Of a DNA stretch of 32,000 nucleotides, positions 9,036 to 19,557 are shown in pieces. The notes under the pieces are model-generated. The model had not been told where the DNA came from, ran no database searches, and saw only the letters and a list, made by a program, of their open reading frames with translations. The DNA is from Desulfocapsa sulfexigens DSM 10523. GTDB taxonomy: Bacteria > Desulfobacterota > Desulfobulbia > Desulfobulbales > Desulfocapsaceae. How positions within the stretch are numbered: the first letter of the stretch is position 1; every line of letters begins with the position of its first letter. Made by a program: the position numbers and the translations under genes. Where the stretch lies: contig NC_020304.1 of the NCBI RefSeq assembly GCF_000341395.1, positions 2,790,001 through 2,822,000 of the forward strand, given 5' to 3'.

Positions 9036-10328
9036 ATGGAGATTATTATGAGCAACAGTGCTGAATTCGTCAGACTTCTTGAAATCGGTCGCCCACCTAA
9101 TATTCAAAAACTTTTTCCCAATTCCCATGCCCTTCTTGTCAGTGGAAAGGTTATAGATCGGGCTATGATTGCTAAGGGCGGTGCCATGACCATTGCTGCC
9201 AATGCTCGCTCTACTTTTGTCGTTCGTGGCGCTCTACAGGCAGCACAGCGGGCCAACAGCGCTATTATCATTGAGATTGCCAGATCTGAAGGTGGAACCA
9301 ACGCATACTGCCCCGTGAGTCTCTGGAATATGGCTACGGTGGTGGACAGTATCTGTAATCAACTTGGTATTACAATTCCCGTTGCCATTCATGCTGATCA
9401 TTTTGGAATCAAAAAGGAAAGCGATATTGATCTGGCCAGGGTGGAAATAGCATCTATTTTTGATGCCGGAATAACGTCCATCGCCGTAGATGCATCTCAC
9501 ATGGAGGACGATAAAAATCTTCTTGCCAATATCGAACTCAATGCCTGTATTCCTGGATGGGCTGGTCTTGAAACAGAGGTTGGAGAAATTAAAGGAACTC
9601 TGGGACTGTCCACCGTCGATGACGCCTCATTTCTTATTAAAGGTCTGAATGCTCATGGCATCTGCCCTGATTGGATCGCATTGAACAATGGAAGTGTCCA
9701 TGGACTTGAGGCATCGGGGCAGGGGATTCAGGTTGAACTTACTGCTGATATCCACAGGGCTCTGGCTCCCTATGGCACGTCTGGTGCCCAGCATGGGACA
9801 TCCGGAAACAGCTCCGAGCGGCTTCGCGCCATATGTAAAAAAACCGCAACAACCAAAGCAAACGTTGCAACAGCCCTGCAGATGGTTTCCTGGGGTATTG
9901 AAGTAAATGACGATGGAAACGCCATTAGCGATGCTAGTGGAAGATTTGTAAAGATACCAGGAGAAGGGGTATCCGAAGAGATGTGGAAGCAGATGGTCTC
10001 CTACGCAGATGATAAGGGATGGAAGGGAGGAGACTATAAGAAATTAAATCTGCCCTTTGAAAACAGTCTTTGCAGTCAGGAAAAAGAGATTAGAGACAGG
10101 ATGTGTAAACGGGTTGAAGATTTTGTTTATAATATGCTTGTGAATGTTTTTTCTGCAGAAGGAACAGCTGACCTTGCCAAACAGGCAATTCTTGAGGCGG
10201 GGTCTTATGATCTTGGTTCTAAAGTTGGACGTATAGAAGATCCGGCGGATTGGACAAAGGAAAAAATTGTAGCACGAGCAGCAGAGTTAGACTCAGATAA
10301 AGGACCGGAAGGGGATTTTGATGACTGA
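9036..10328 (+). CDS. fba: class II fructose-1,6-bisphosphate aldolase family protein (long form)
   Basis: Matches class II ketose-bisphosphate aldolases: ANARSTFVVRGALQAAQRANSAIIIEIARSE, VAIHADHFG, SIAVDASH, ETEVGEIKG, and NNGSVHG. The second ATG at 9048 has a GGAGA Shine-Dalgarno 5 nt upstream and may be the real start. Confidence 0.8.
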   Translation: MEIIMSNSAEFVRLLEIGRPPNIQKLFPNSHALLVSGKVIDRAMIAKGGAMTIAANARSTFVVRGALQAAQRANSAIIIEIARSEGGTNAYCPVSLWNMATVVDSICNQLGITIPVAIHADHFGIKKESDIDLARVEIASIFDAGITSIAVDASHMEDDKNLLANIELNACIPGWAGLETEVGEIKGTLGLSTVDDASFLIKGLNAHGICPDWIALNNGSVHGLEASGQGIQVELTADIHRALAPYGTSGAQHGTSGNSSERLRAICKKTATTKANVATALQMVSWGIEVNDDGNAISDASGRFVKIPGEGVSEEMWKQMVSYADDKGWKGGDYKKLNLPFENSLCSQEKEIRDRMCKRVEDFVYNMLVNVFSAEGTADLAKQAILEAGSYDLGSKVGRIEDPADWTKEKIVARAAELDSDKGPEGDFDD

Positions 10329-10341
10329 TGGAAAAAAAGAA

Positions 10342-11358
10342 ATGCCAATGAAAAAGATACTGGTAACAGGAACGGCTGGCTTTATCGGTTCTTTTCTGGC
10401 ACGTACCCTGCGTGAATCGGGTTGTGAAGTGATTGGAATTGATACAATCACCGATTATTACGATGTGGGTTTGAAAAAAGATCGTTTGGCGAAGATTGCA
10501 GGGGGGGAAGGGTTCCAGAATCTGGAGGTTGATATCTCGGATCGCGGGGCCATGGAGAAACTGTTTACAGATCATAGCTTTGATGCGGTGGTGAACCTGG
10601 CCGCCCAGCCGGGGGTTCGCTACTCGCTCATCAACCCTGCGTCCTATATTGATACCAATATTGTCGGTTTTGCCAATCTTCTTGAAGGCTGCCGCCATTC
10701 AGGGGTGAAACATTTTGTCTATGCCTCTTCAAGTTCGGTTTATGGGGCAAACACCCATCAGCCCTACTCAGAACATGATAATGTCAATCATCCCGTATCT
10801 CTCTACGCAGCATCAAAAAAGTCCAATGAACTGATGGCTCACTCCTATAGTCATCTTTTTGGTCTTCCCTGCACCGGGCTGAGGTTCTTTACAGTGTACG
10901 GCCCCTGGGGACGACCTGATATGGCTCCCATGCTTTTTGCCAGGGCTATTCTGGCCGGAGAGCCAATCAATGTCTTTAATAATGGGAATATGGAGCGTGA
11001 TTTTACCTTTATTGACGACATCGTTGAAGGGGTGGCCCGAGTGATCCAGAAACCTGCAGCACCGGATTTTGAATGGAAGAGTGAGGCGCCTGACCCTGCC
11101 ACGTCATACTGCCCCTATCGCGTCTATAATATAGGCAATAACAGGAAAGAGCGTCTCCTCTATTTTATCCAGCTTCTTGAGGAAAATCTTGGCAAAAAAG
11201 CAGATAAGAATTTTCTTCCCATGCAGCCGGGAGATGTGCAGGCAACCTATGCCAATGTAGATGATCTGATCAGGGACTTCGATTATAAGCCTGATACCCC
11301 TCTGGATGTTGGGGTGAAGCGTTTTGTTGACTGGTATCTGGACTACTACAAGCAGTAA
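10342..11358 (+). CDS. NAD-dependent epimerase/dehydratase, UDP-glucuronate 4-epimerase-like
   Basis: KKILVTGTAGFIGSFLA Rossmann motif, the TDYYDVGLKKDRL segment typical of UDP-glucuronate 4-epimerases, the catalytic SSSSVYG...YAASKK (YxxxK), and FFTVYGPWGRPDMA. Start could be 10321, 10342 or 10348. Confidence 0.85.
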   Translation: MPMKKILVTGTAGFIGSFLARTLRESGCEVIGIDTITDYYDVGLKKDRLAKIAGGEGFQNLEVDISDRGAMEKLFTDHSFDAVVNLAAQPGVRYSLINPASYIDTNIVGFANLLEGCRHSGVKHFVYASSSSVYGANTHQPYSEHDNVNHPVSLYAASKKSNELMAHSYSHLFGLPCTGLRFFTVYGPWGRPDMAPMLFARAILAGEPINVFNNGNMERDFTFIDDIVEGVARVIQKPAAPDFEWKSEAPDPATSYCPYRVYNIGNNRKERLLYFIQLLEENLGKKADKNFLPMQPGDVQATYANVDDLIRDFDYKPDTPLDVGVKRFVDWYLDYYKQ

Positions 11359-11386
11359 AGATAAAAAATCTTTAAAGACATTGTAT

Positions 11387-11422
11387 ACGTTCTGCAGAGG
11401 CCTGGCCCCTGTAGAACGTTTT
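11387..11422. terminator. hairpin terminator between the convergent epimerase and dxs genes
   Basis: ACGTTCTGCAG (11387-11397) pairs with CTGTAGAACGT (11408-11418), with one G-U/mismatch position and a GC-rich loop region AGGCCTGGCC. TTTT follows on the + strand. Confidence 0.55.
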
Positions 11423-13326
11423 CAGTCCTTCATTAACTCCATTGCGGCATTGATGATAGAGGGGGAATCCAGTTTAGAATTTTTCCACAGTGTTTTCTGC
11501 GGGCCGTGTTCAATGAAATGGTCCGGGTAGCCAAGTAAATGGGTTTTTACTGCAAAGAGTTTGTTTTTTGAGAGAAGTTCAAGAACCAGGCTTCCAAAAC
11601 CGCCGTGTTCAGCATTGTCCTCTATTGTTACCACCCTTCCCGTTTTTCGGGCCCATTCACAGATCAGTTCGTCATCCAGTGGTTTAATAAAGCGTGGATT
11701 AATGACAGCGGCATTGATACCAAGCTTTTCGAGTCCTTCAGCGGCCTTAATTGCGGGGTAAACTCTATTGCCAACTGGCAGCAGCAGAATGTCTTCTCCC
11801 TGGCGCAAAAGTTCTCCTTTGCCAACTTCAAGATTCACAAAGTCAGGGTCGAGGGGGACATTTTCTCCGGCTCCGCGTGGGTATCTGATTGCAGCAGGGC
11901 CGGGAAGGGAGATTGCTGTGTGGAGCATATGCTGCAGTTCGTTCTCATCCTTTGGTGCCATATAGGTGAGGTTTGGAATAAATCTGAGGAAAGAAATATC
12001 GAAAACACCATGATGGGTAGGCCCGTCATCGCCCACTACACCGCCTCGGTCAATGGCAAGGGTAACCGGAAGAGAGGGGATACAGACATCGTGGATGATC
12101 TGGTCAAGAGCCCTCTGGAAAAAAGAGGAGTAGATGGCTACAACCGGTCGCTTCCCTTCAACAGCAAGACCAGCAGCAAAAGTCACTCCATGTTGTTCTG
12201 CTATGCCTACATCAAAAAAACGATCAGGGAATTCTTTGCTGAAATTTGTGAGCCCTGTTCCAGCAGGCATGGCAGCTGAAATAGCGACCACGTCGGGGTT
12301 GTTTCTCGCAATGGTGCAGATTGATTTTCCGAAAACCTCGGTGTAACTGATGGGACTGGATGATGGTATCGGAACACCGGTCAAGACATCAAACGGACCA
12401 ACCCCATGGTAATTGCCGGGGTTTGCTTCTGCGGGCCCATAGCCTCTTCCCTTCTGGGTGATGACATGGACAAGTACCGGACCGTCAACATTATCCCTGA
12501 TGTTTTCAAGGGTTGGAATCAGGTCTTCAAGTTGGTGGCCGGAAATGGGTCCGATATAATAGAACTTCAGGGCCTCAAAGAGCATTGCCGGGGTAAAGAA
12601 ACTTTTGATATTTTCTTCACTCTTTTTCAGGACATTCAAGAAACGGTCACCGACACCATGAAGATCCTTCAAACGGGTGGATATATGTTTACGAAGTCGT
12701 CTTACAGTCTTGCTGGTGAGTTGTCTGGAGAGAAAACTTGACATGGCGCCAACGTTTTCCGAGATGGACATTTCATTATCATTTAGAATTACGATAAGAT
12801 CCTTATCCAGATGTCCAGCCTGATTCAGGGCCTCAAAGGCGATACCAGCAGTCATGGAACCATCTCCGATAATAGCGACAACCTTATTCGAATCTTTCTT
12901 GAGATCTTTTGCACAGGCCATTCCCAGAGCTGCAGAAATGGAGGTGGAAGAGTGACCCGTTTCAAAGGCATCGTACTCGCTTTCCTTGAATTTCGGAAAA
13001 CCGCTTAAACCTTTATACTGGCGGAGAGTAGAAAATTTATCCTGCCTGCCAGTCAGCAGTTTGTGGGCATATGTCTGATGCCCAACATCCCACACAAGCT
13101 TGTCATTCGGCGTGTTGAAAACATAGTGGAGGGCAAGGGTGAGTTCAACAACGCCAAGGCTCGGTGCCAGATGGCCTCCTGTTTTGGATACGGTATTGAT
13201 GATGGTTTCACGCAGATCGTCAGCGATGGTTTCGAGTTCAGGTATTGAAAGCTTGCGAAGGTCTTCGGGAGACTTGATATCGACGAGTCTGGTAACGATG
13301 GAATCTGTATTCTCTGTTGTTAACAT
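11422..13326 (-). CDS. dxs: 1-deoxy-D-xylulose-5-phosphate synthase
   Basis: 634 aa with the DXS signatures GGHLAPSLGVVELTLALHYVF, DVGHQTYAHKLLTGR, the TPP motif GDGSMTAGIAFEALN, and DRGGVVGDDGPTHHGVFD. Confidence 0.96.
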   Translation of the reverse strand: MLTTENTDSIVTRLVDIKSPEDLRKLSIPELETIADDLRETIINTVSKTGGHLAPSLGVVELTLALHYVFNTPNDKLVWDVGHQTYAHKLLTGRQDKFSTLRQYKGLSGFPKFKESEYDAFETGHSSTSISAALGMACAKDLKKDSNKVVAIIGDGSMTAGIAFEALNQAGHLDKDLIVILNDNEMSISENVGAMSSFLSRQLTSKTVRRLRKHISTRLKDLHGVGDRFLNVLKKSEENIKSFFTPAMLFEALKFYYIGPISGHQLEDLIPTLENIRDNVDGPVLVHVITQKGRGYGPAEANPGNYHGVGPFDVLTGVPIPSSSPISYTEVFGKSICTIARNNPDVVAISAAMPAGTGLTNFSKEFPDRFFDVGIAEQHGVTFAAGLAVEGKRPVVAIYSSFFQRALDQIIHDVCIPSLPVTLAIDRGGVVGDDGPTHHGVFDISFLRFIPNLTYMAPKDENELQHMLHTAISLPGPAAIRYPRGAGENVPLDPDFVNLEVGKGELLRQGEDILLLPVGNRVYPAIKAAEGLEKLGINAAVINPRFIKPLDDELICEWARKTGRVVTIEDNAEHGGFGSLVLELLSKNKLFAVKTHLLGYPDHFIEHGPQKTLWKNSKLDSPSIINAAMELMKD

Positions 13327-13353
13327 GGTGGATATCCCGGAGGGCCGCTCTGA

Positions 13354-14250
13354 CTAATGCGACCGAGTATATATGTAGTCAGCCAGTAGGCGAAGTGGCT
13401 GTGCTTTGTCATCAAAATCTTTCAGGCAGGTTTTCGCCTTTTCAATAGCATTGAGGGCACGTTTCCGTGTCTCTTCAATACCAAAGTAAGCAGGATAGGT
13501 GGCTTTGCCAAGTTCAATGTCGCTTCCCGCAGCTTTGCCCAGTTGCTCTGTGGTGGCTGTTGCATTGAGCAGATCATCAACAATTTGAAAGGCCAGGCCG
13601 ATCTGATGCCCATACTGTTTCAATGCTTCGGATTGCTCTCTGTCTGCACCGGCTGCTATCGCACCGGAAACAACGGAAGCTGTGATCAGTGCTCCTGTCT
13701 TACTTCTGTGTATTGTTTGCAGGGTTTCAAAAGGAAACCGGGTGTTTTCACTCGCTATGTCCAGTGCCTGCCCACCAACCATCCCGAAGGAGCCAGCGGC
13801 GTGTGCTATGCAGTGACTGATTGCAAGTTTTTTTTCGGAATCAAGATTGCCGTGACTGGGGTTGCAGAGGAGATCAAAAGCCCAGGTGAGAAGTCCATCA
13901 CCGGCAAGAATGGCTCCCGCTTCACCGTAAAGGACATGGTTGGTAGCTTTTCCACGGCGTAACGCATCGTTGTCCATGGCTGGCAGGTCGTCATGGATAA
14001 GTGAATAGGTGTGAATGCATTCAAGAGCACAGGCAACGGGAAGAATGTTCTGGTCATCAATGGTATTTCCACCAACTGCCCGGGCTGCTGCTATGCAGAG
14101 AATGGGGCGAACCCGTTTTCCTCCGGCAAGTAAGGAGTAGCGCATGGCTTCGATATGCTTTGCAAAGTCACCAGTTGCAGCCGGGATATAGCTGTCAAAG
14201 GCAGCCTCAACCAGAAGCCTTTGTTCCTTAAGATAGCTCTTGATCTCCAT
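13354..14250 (-). CDS. ispA: farnesyl diphosphate synthase (geranyltranstransferase)
   Basis: Both aspartate-rich motifs are present ([17 protein letters not shown] and FQIVDDLLN), in the conserved xseB-ispA-dxs order. Start is placed at ATG 14250; the track starts at TTG 14265. Confidence 0.9.
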   Translation of the reverse strand: MEIKSYLKEQRLLVEAAFDSYIPAATGDFAKHIEAMRYSLLAGGKRVRPILCIAAARAVGGNTIDDQNILPVACALECIHTYSLIHDDLPAMDNDALRRGKATNHVLYGEAGAILAGDGLLTWAFDLLCNPSHGNLDSEKKLAISHCIAHAAGSFGMVGGQALDIASENTRFPFETLQTIHRSKTGALITASVVSGAIAAGADREQSEALKQYGHQIGLAFQIVDDLLNATATTEQLGKAAGSDIELGKATYPAYFGIEETRKRALNAIEKAKTCLKDFDDKAQPLRLLADYIYTRSH

Positions 14251-14473
14251 GATCCAACTCGTCAAATGGTTGTTTGGTTAGGCCACCCTGTTTTTCGAGG
14301 AGCAATTCTACTTTTGCCTTTGCTTCGGTCAGCGTTGTGTTGCAGTATTCAACCAGACCGATTCCTTCATCGAATTTCTTCAGGCTGACTTCAAGGCTGA
14401 GATCGCCATTTTCAAGCTCTTCTGTGATCTGCTCGAGTTTTCCTAGTGCATTTTCAAAAGTTCGTTTAGCCAT
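14228..14473 (-). CDS. xseB: exodeoxyribonuclease VII small subunit
   Basis: 81 aa: [51 protein letters not shown] is the XseB helical-hairpin consensus. It lies directly upstream of ispA-dxs, as in many bacteria. Confidence 0.9.
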   Translation of the reverse strand: MAKRTFENALGKLEQITEELENGDLSLEVSLKKFDEGIGLVEYCNTTLTEAKAKVELLLEKQGGLTKQPFDELDHGDQELS

Positions 14474-14590
14474 TTTTATTAATCTGTGTGAAGGTGCTGA
14501 ATTGCTTTTCTTTCCCTCTAAAGACCATTATATATATTCATAGTTGAAGGAGAAGTCGAGAAGAAAGTGGTTTGAGCTACCCCCCTGAAT

Positions 14591-15499
14591 ATGACGAAGA
14601 TTGATACCCAAATAGAAGCATTTTTGACCTGGCTTGAAGTGGAAAAGGGCTATTCGCCTCACACTGTATCCGGGTATGGCCATGATCTGTCTGAATTTGC
14701 AGCAATGCTCGGAAGGGATGAAAAAACAGAAAATATTGAGTCGCTCCACATTCGCCGCTTTGTCGTGAGTCTCCATGGGAATAACAGTGCGGCAACGGTT
14801 GCCCGAAAACTCTCTGCGCTGCGATCATTTTTTAAATTCCTCCTTCGTGAACATATTATCAAAAGTGATCCTGTTGCCGGGATAACAGGTCCAAAGACTG
14901 GAAAATATTTACCGGTTTTTCTCACCGTTGATGAGGTTTTTTCCCTTTTAGAAGCACCTTCTGAAAAAGATAGATTTATGCTCCGTGATCGTGCAATTCT
15001 TGAGCTTTTATACTCAACGGGAATGCGTGTTGCCGAATTGGTTTCACGAGACCTTTTGAACCTTGATTTTGTAACTGAAATGCTTAGGGTGAGGGGCAAG
15101 GGAGATAAGGAACGCCTTGTTCCAGTTGGACGACCCGCCCTTGAGGCCGTGAAGGCCTGGTTGTTTTTGCGCGATCAGCTTATCTCCGATCGTGCAAAGA
15201 GAGGGCGACCGGTGGAAAGAATGGCCCTCTTTCTCAATGGCCGCGGGAGTCGCTTGACAACACGAAGCGTGGAACGACTGGTAAAATCATACGGAGAGCG
15301 GGCAGGCATTCCTCAGATTGTGACTCCCCATGCCCTGCGTCATTCATTTGCCACCCATCTGCTGGAGATGGGGGCTGATCTACGCTCTGTTCAGGAACTT
15401 TTGGGACATGCCAGCCTGTCAACCACACAGCGCTATACGCATCTAACTCTTGATCATTTAACGGAAGTATATGATAAAGCGCATCCACATGCCAAATGA
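14591..15499 (+). CDS. xerC: site-specific tyrosine recombinase XerC/XerD family
   Basis: The N-terminal SAM-like domain (FLTWLEVEKGYSPHTVSGYGHDL) and the catalytic residues are present in MRVAEL (Arg), HALRHSFATHLL (His-x-x-Arg) and LGHASLSTTQRYTH (His, Tyr). Position directly upstream of hslVU favours xerC. Confidence 0.88.
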   Translation: MTKIDTQIEAFLTWLEVEKGYSPHTVSGYGHDLSEFAAMLGRDEKTENIESLHIRRFVVSLHGNNSAATVARKLSALRSFFKFLLREHIIKSDPVAGITGPKTGKYLPVFLTVDEVFSLLEAPSEKDRFMLRDRAILELLYSTGMRVAELVSRDLLNLDFVTEMLRVRGKGDKERLVPVGRPALEAVKAWLFLRDQLISDRAKRGRPVERMALFLNGRGSRLTTRSVERLVKSYGERAGIPQIVTPHALRHSFATHLLEMGADLRSVQELLGHASLSTTQRYTHLTLDHLTEVYDKAHPHAK

Positions 15500-15543
15500 A
15501 GTGGAATTAACTCAACAAACCAATTGATAGTAAGAAAAATAAT

Positions 15544-16080
15544 ATGAAAATACGCTCAACAACAATACTTGCGGTTCGTCATAATGGTCAGGTTGCTGTG
15601 GCCGGGGATGGTCAGGTTTCTCTCGGGAATACGGTGATGAAGCATCACGCGAAGAAGGTGAGACGTTTGTACCACGGTAAGGTCATCACCGGCTTTGCAG
15701 GCGCTACTGCCGATGCCTTTACCCTTTTTGATCTGCTCGAGCAGAAACTTGAACAGTATAAGGGGAATCTTATGCGGGCAGCTGTAGAGCTTGCTAAAGA
15801 ATGGCGTACTGACAAGATGCTGCGCAGGCTTGAAGCAATGCTGGTAGCTGTGGATGAAGATTACTCATTGCTTCTCAGTGGAACCGGCGACGTTATTGAG
15901 GCTGATAACGGTGTTCTTGCAATTGGTTCGGGCGGTCCCTATGCCCAGGCTGCCGCTTTGGCACTTATTGGGAATTCAGAATTAAGTGCTGAGGAGATCT
16001 GCCGTGCTTCCATGACCATTGCTGCAGATATCTGCGTATTTACCAATCATTCCGTCATAATTGAAAAAATAGAAAAATAA
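15544..16080 (+). CDS. hslV: ATP-dependent protease HslVU, peptidase subunit
   Basis: [37 protein letters not shown]...[10 protein letters not shown]...GSGGPYA is canonical HslV. A short N-terminal propeptide (MKIRS) precedes the catalytic Thr. Confidence 0.95.
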   Translation: MKIRSTTILAVRHNGQVAVAGDGQVSLGNTVMKHHAKKVRRLYHGKVITGFAGATADAFTLFDLLEQKLEQYKGNLMRAAVELAKEWRTDKMLRRLEAMLVAVDEDYSLLLSGTGDVIEADNGVLAIGSGGPYAQAAALALIGNSELSAEEICRASMTIAADICVFTNHSVIIEKIEK

Positions 16081-16084
16081 AGTG

Positions 16085-17500
16085 ATGATACCTACACAAT
16101 CCCTTACCCCTAAAGATATAGTTGCTGAGCTGGATAAATATATAGTCGGGCAGGCTGATGCGAAAAGATCCGTTGCAATAGCACTGAGAAACCGTTGGCG
16201 GAGGCGTCAGGTACCATCTCCGCTCCGTGAGGAAATTGCCCCCAAAAATATTATAATGATCGGACCCACCGGGGTCGGGAAAACAGAAATTGCCAGGCGT
16301 CTGGCTACCCTTGCTCAATCGCCTTTCTTTAAAGTTGAGGCTTCAAAATTCACCGAGGTAGGCTATGTGGGACGAGATGTCGAATCCATGGTTCGGGATC
16401 TTGTTGAAATCGCGATCAGTATGGTGAAAAAAGAAGAGCGGGAACGCCTTCAGGGACTTGCTGAGGCCAATGCCGAGGAACGCATTCTTGATGTTCTGCT
16501 TCCCCCAGTGAATCCACCAAGCCATATGCAGGCAGGTCCCGATGGTCTCAACTCGTTTGTGACAAGTAAGGATACGCTGGACGTGGAAAAACTTCCGGAG
16601 CAGGTAAAGACTGGTGATTCCACCCGCGAAAAATTTCGGGAAATGCTGCGGCAGGGGAAACTCGACGAACGGGAAGTGGAACTTGACCTTGAGGAATCCC
16701 GTTCCACACCCATGGTGGAAATAATGACCACATCCGGGATGGAAGATATGCAGTCCAACCTTCAGGATGCCTTCAGTAAGATTTTTCCGAAAAAGAAAAA
16801 GAAACGCCGGGTGAAAATTCCTGACGCCATCAAAGGCTTGACCCAGGAGGAAATGGAACGTCTCATCGATATGGATAAGGTGACCAGTGAAGCCCTGAAA
16901 CGTACCGAGGAGTCCGGTATCATATTTCTTGATGAGATTGACAAGGTCGCTTCACGAAGCTCAGGGGGGCATGGCCCCGAGGTGTCACGTGAAGGCGTGC
17001 AGCGGGATCTCCTTCCCATCGTAGAAGGGTCCACTGTCACCACAAAGTATGGAATGGTCAAGACTGATCATATTCTCTTTATAGCAAGTGGTGCTTTTCA
17101 TCTCTGTAAGCCATCTGATCTTATTCCGGAATTACAGGGTCGTTTTCCCATTCGTGTTGAACTTACTCCTTTGGGAAAAGATGAATTTGTACGTATCCTG
17201 ACTGAACCTGAAAGTGCCCTGGTGAAACAGTATATAGCCATGATGGCAACCGAAGGTGTGGAACTTGTCTTTGAGCCGGAAGCTATTGAAGAACTTGCCG
17301 CTATTGCTGTTGAAGTTAATGAGAACACAGAAGAAATTGGCGCGAGGCGTTTGCATACCGTAATGGAAAGAGTTCTTGACGAGCTCTCTTTTGATGCAAG
17401 TGAGCGTGGAGAAGAACAGTTTGTGGTGACCGCTGCCTACGTAAAGCAACAACTTCAGAGTGTGGTTGAGGACAGGGATCTCAGCCGATTTATCCTCTAA
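16085..17500 (+). CDS. hslU: ATP-dependent protease HslVU, ATPase subunit
   Basis: [34 protein letters not shown], Walker [16 protein letters not shown], Walker [10 protein letters not shown], and the C-terminal [17 protein letters not shown] 16085 is 2 nt after the hslV stop. Confidence 0.96.
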   Translation: MIPTQSLTPKDIVAELDKYIVGQADAKRSVAIALRNRWRRRQVPSPLREEIAPKNIIMIGPTGVGKTEIARRLATLAQSPFFKVEASKFTEVGYVGRDVESMVRDLVEIAISMVKKEERERLQGLAEANAEERILDVLLPPVNPPSHMQAGPDGLNSFVTSKDTLDVEKLPEQVKTGDSTREKFREMLRQGKLDEREVELDLEESRSTPMVEIMTTSGMEDMQSNLQDAFSKIFPKKKKKRRVKIPDAIKGLTQEEMERLIDMDKVTSEALKRTEESGIIFLDEIDKVASRSSGGHGPEVSREGVQRDLLPIVEGSTVTTKYGMVKTDHILFIASGAFHLCKPSDLIPELQGRFPIRVELTPLGKDEFVRILTEPESALVKQYIAMMATEGVELVFEPEAIEELAAIAVEVNENTEEIGARRLHTVMERVLDELSFDASERGEEQFVVTAAYVKQQLQSVVEDRDLSRFIL

Positions 17501-17530
17501 TATATTTGAACAATTAGGAAGCAAAAAAGT

Positions 17531-18052
17531 ATGCGCTATATTGATCCGGACCTGAAATACTGCCCCCAATGTGATGAAGAGTACCGAGAAGAAATAATCA
17601 GCTGTGCGTCATGCGGTGTCCCACTTATAACGGGCACCGAAAGGCAGGCGGCGGAAGAGGCGGCTAAAATAAAACTTGCTTCACGATCCATGGATATATC
17701 CCCTGATGACGAGCTTGTGAATATCAGGAAAGGTCCATTGGGAGAGATGAAACAGCTGCAGGCTTTGCTCGGTTCTGAAAATATCCCATCACTGGTTGCG
17801 GGAGAAAAAAGTAATTGTGGTAAAGGCTGTTGTGGCGGAGATATGTATCTGCAGATAAAAAGGGCAGATGGGGAGGATGCAATGGAGGTCCTGGCTCAGG
17901 AATTCAAACGAACCACAGCGCTCGATTCCCATGATTTAAGTAATGTACACGCAGTCTTTGATACAGGGGCAGCAAAGTCTACCTGCCCCGCCTGTGGAAC
18001 CATGTTTTCAACCAGCGAGTCCACCTGCCCCGATTGTGGTCTGTGTTTTTAG
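17531..18052 (+). CDS. hypothetical protein with N- and C-terminal zinc ribbons flanking a DUF2007-like core
   Basis: CPQCDEEY...CASCG at the N-terminus and CPACGTMF...CPDCG at the C-terminus. The middle (VNIRKGPLGEMKQLQALLGSENIPSLV...MYLQIKRADGEDAMEVLAQEF) resembles the small 'putative signal-transducing' DUF2007 fold. AGGAAG ribosome-binding site, 30 nt after hslU. Confidence 0.6.
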   Translation: MRYIDPDLKYCPQCDEEYREEIISCASCGVPLITGTERQAAEEAAKIKLASRSMDISPDDELVNIRKGPLGEMKQLQALLGSENIPSLVAGEKSNCGKGCCGGDMYLQIKRADGEDAMEVLAQEFKRTTALDSHDLSNVHAVFDTGAAKSTCPACGTMFSTSESTCPDCGLCF

Positions 18053-18080
18053 GGGTACCGCCTTTAAAGAAAAAAACTTA

Positions 18081-19553
18081 TTAAACCTTTGTTGGAAGCA
18101 GCACAGATTCATTGTTGCGAAAGATTGCAACCCGGTTACGGCCCATATGCTTTGCATGATAGAGGGCGGTGTCTGCGGTGTTGATCAGATCATTTTTGTT
18201 CTGAGTGACCAGTGAAGAGAGACTTGAAACACCAAGGCTGATGGTTACCAGGATAAGTTTGTCTTTATGATAATACCCCTGCCGTTCTACAACGAGCCGT
18301 AACCGTTCTGCAACCAGCCCGGCTTTATGAAGATTAGCCATGGGAAGAATAATAAGAAACTCTTCACCACCATAGCGACAGATAACCTCTTCATTACGGA
18401 GATTGAGGGCAAGTGCCGAGGCAACATTCTTTAGTATCATATCCCCAGCTTCATGTCCGAATGTATCATTCACTTTTTTGAATTTGTCGATATCAATCAT
18501 TATGGCACTGAGGTCACTTCTATGTCGAAGTGCTGTGGAAAACTCTTCTTCAAGACGAACCAGGCCGAAACGCCGGTTCAATATATGGGTTAGCGAGTCA
18601 TAGGATGCCATCTCCTGGATTTTATTGTGGAGCAGTGCATTTTGCAGGTAGGGTGCCATGTAACTTGCGTAGGTCTCAAGCATCTCCTTCTGAATGCTTT
18701 CAGAGACTTTACTGTCTCCGCAGGCTGCGATCAAAAGGCCAACGGTGCTCTTGTCTGCTATCAGAGGGATAATACGGATAAATTTTGGTTTGAAGGTGCC
18801 TAAAGGGGTGCTAATGGTAATCCAGTTGAAATTATTTGCCTCGGTATCAATGGTGTGGATAGTGCCGGATTCAATGGTGTCGCTGATGGTACCCTGCCAG
18901 GGTTCAAGTTTGCGTGGCAGTTTGTCATCCGTGTCAACGTCATGGCTGGCAAGGAGAATCATCTCATCTTCTATTTTTCCGTACAGGACTCCTGACGTAA
19001 TACAGGTGGTCTCTATAAAGTACCTGAGGATAATATCACTGGTTGTGTCCAGATCAATATTGGCTGAGAGCGTTGCAACAATTCCTCTGAAACTGGCTTC
19101 ATGGTTCAACCGCTGTTCAACAGTACTGCTCATGGTGTTAAATGCCTGGGTGACCTGGCCGATCATGTCATTGCTTTTTACTTCGATTTCGTAGCTTGTC
19201 TGGCTATGTTTTCTGCTGAACATGGCGGAACGGATTTGTTTGTTGACCTGGTTCATTCCTTCAACAAGAAATCGAAGTTGCTTGGAAACGACGAGGGAAA
19301 AAAGCATGTAGTTCGCAACGCCAACGGTTATTCCTGCAGTTATGCACATCAGGGTGAAACTGATGGAAACGGCACGGGGGTCACTGAAATAGACTTTCAC
19401 GATGGGTGGAAATGCTACCCCCATGGCAAATCCAAATGTGACCATGCAGAGAAAGAGAATCAGAAAGACATTCTTGAGTTTTCCCTTGGGTGCGTTTCTG
19501 ATGTCGATCTGGTATTCGATTGGTGACGTATTTTTGAGGAATTGGTCTGTCAT
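18081..19553 (-). CDS. membrane-anchored diguanylate cyclase (TM, HAMP-like, GAF-like, GGDEF)
   Basis: The C-terminal GGDEF domain carries DSLTHILNRR, IMIDIDKFKKVNDTFGHEAGD and the active site RYGGEEF. Two N-terminal hydrophobic segments are present. Start is placed at ATG 19553 (MTDQFLK...), 4 nt after the dnaE stop. The track's longer ORF would overlap dnaE by 100 nt. Confidence 0.88.
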   Translation of the reverse strand: MTDQFLKNTSPIEYQIDIRNAPKGKLKNVFLILFLCMVTFGFAMGVAFPPIVKVYFSDPRAVSISFTLMCITAGITVGVANYMLFSLVVSKQLRFLVEGMNQVNKQIRSAMFSRKHSQTSYEIEVKSNDMIGQVTQAFNTMSSTVEQRLNHEASFRGIVATLSANIDLDTTSDIILRYFIETTCITSGVLYGKIEDEMILLASHDVDTDDKLPRKLEPWQGTISDTIESGTIHTIDTEANNFNWITISTPLGTFKPKFIRIIPLIADKSTVGLLIAACGDSKVSESIQKEMLETYASYMAPYLQNALLHNKIQEMASYDSLTHILNRRFGLVRLEEEFSTALRHRSDLSAIMIDIDKFKKVNDTFGHEAGDMILKNVASALALNLRNEEVICRYGGEEFLIILPMANLHKAGLVAERLRLVVERQGYYHKDKLILVTISLGVSSLSSLVTQNKNDLINTADTALYHAKHMGRNRVAIFRNNESVLLPTKV

Positions 19554-19557
19554 TGTT

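Noticed and set aside
11605-12279. 224-aa + strand ORF inside dxs, and similar antisense ORFs at 4457-5248, 10219-10698 and 14659-15099
   Set aside because: All are shadow ORFs opposite confidently identified genes (dxs, histidine kinase, epimerase, xerC). They have no motifs or translation signals.
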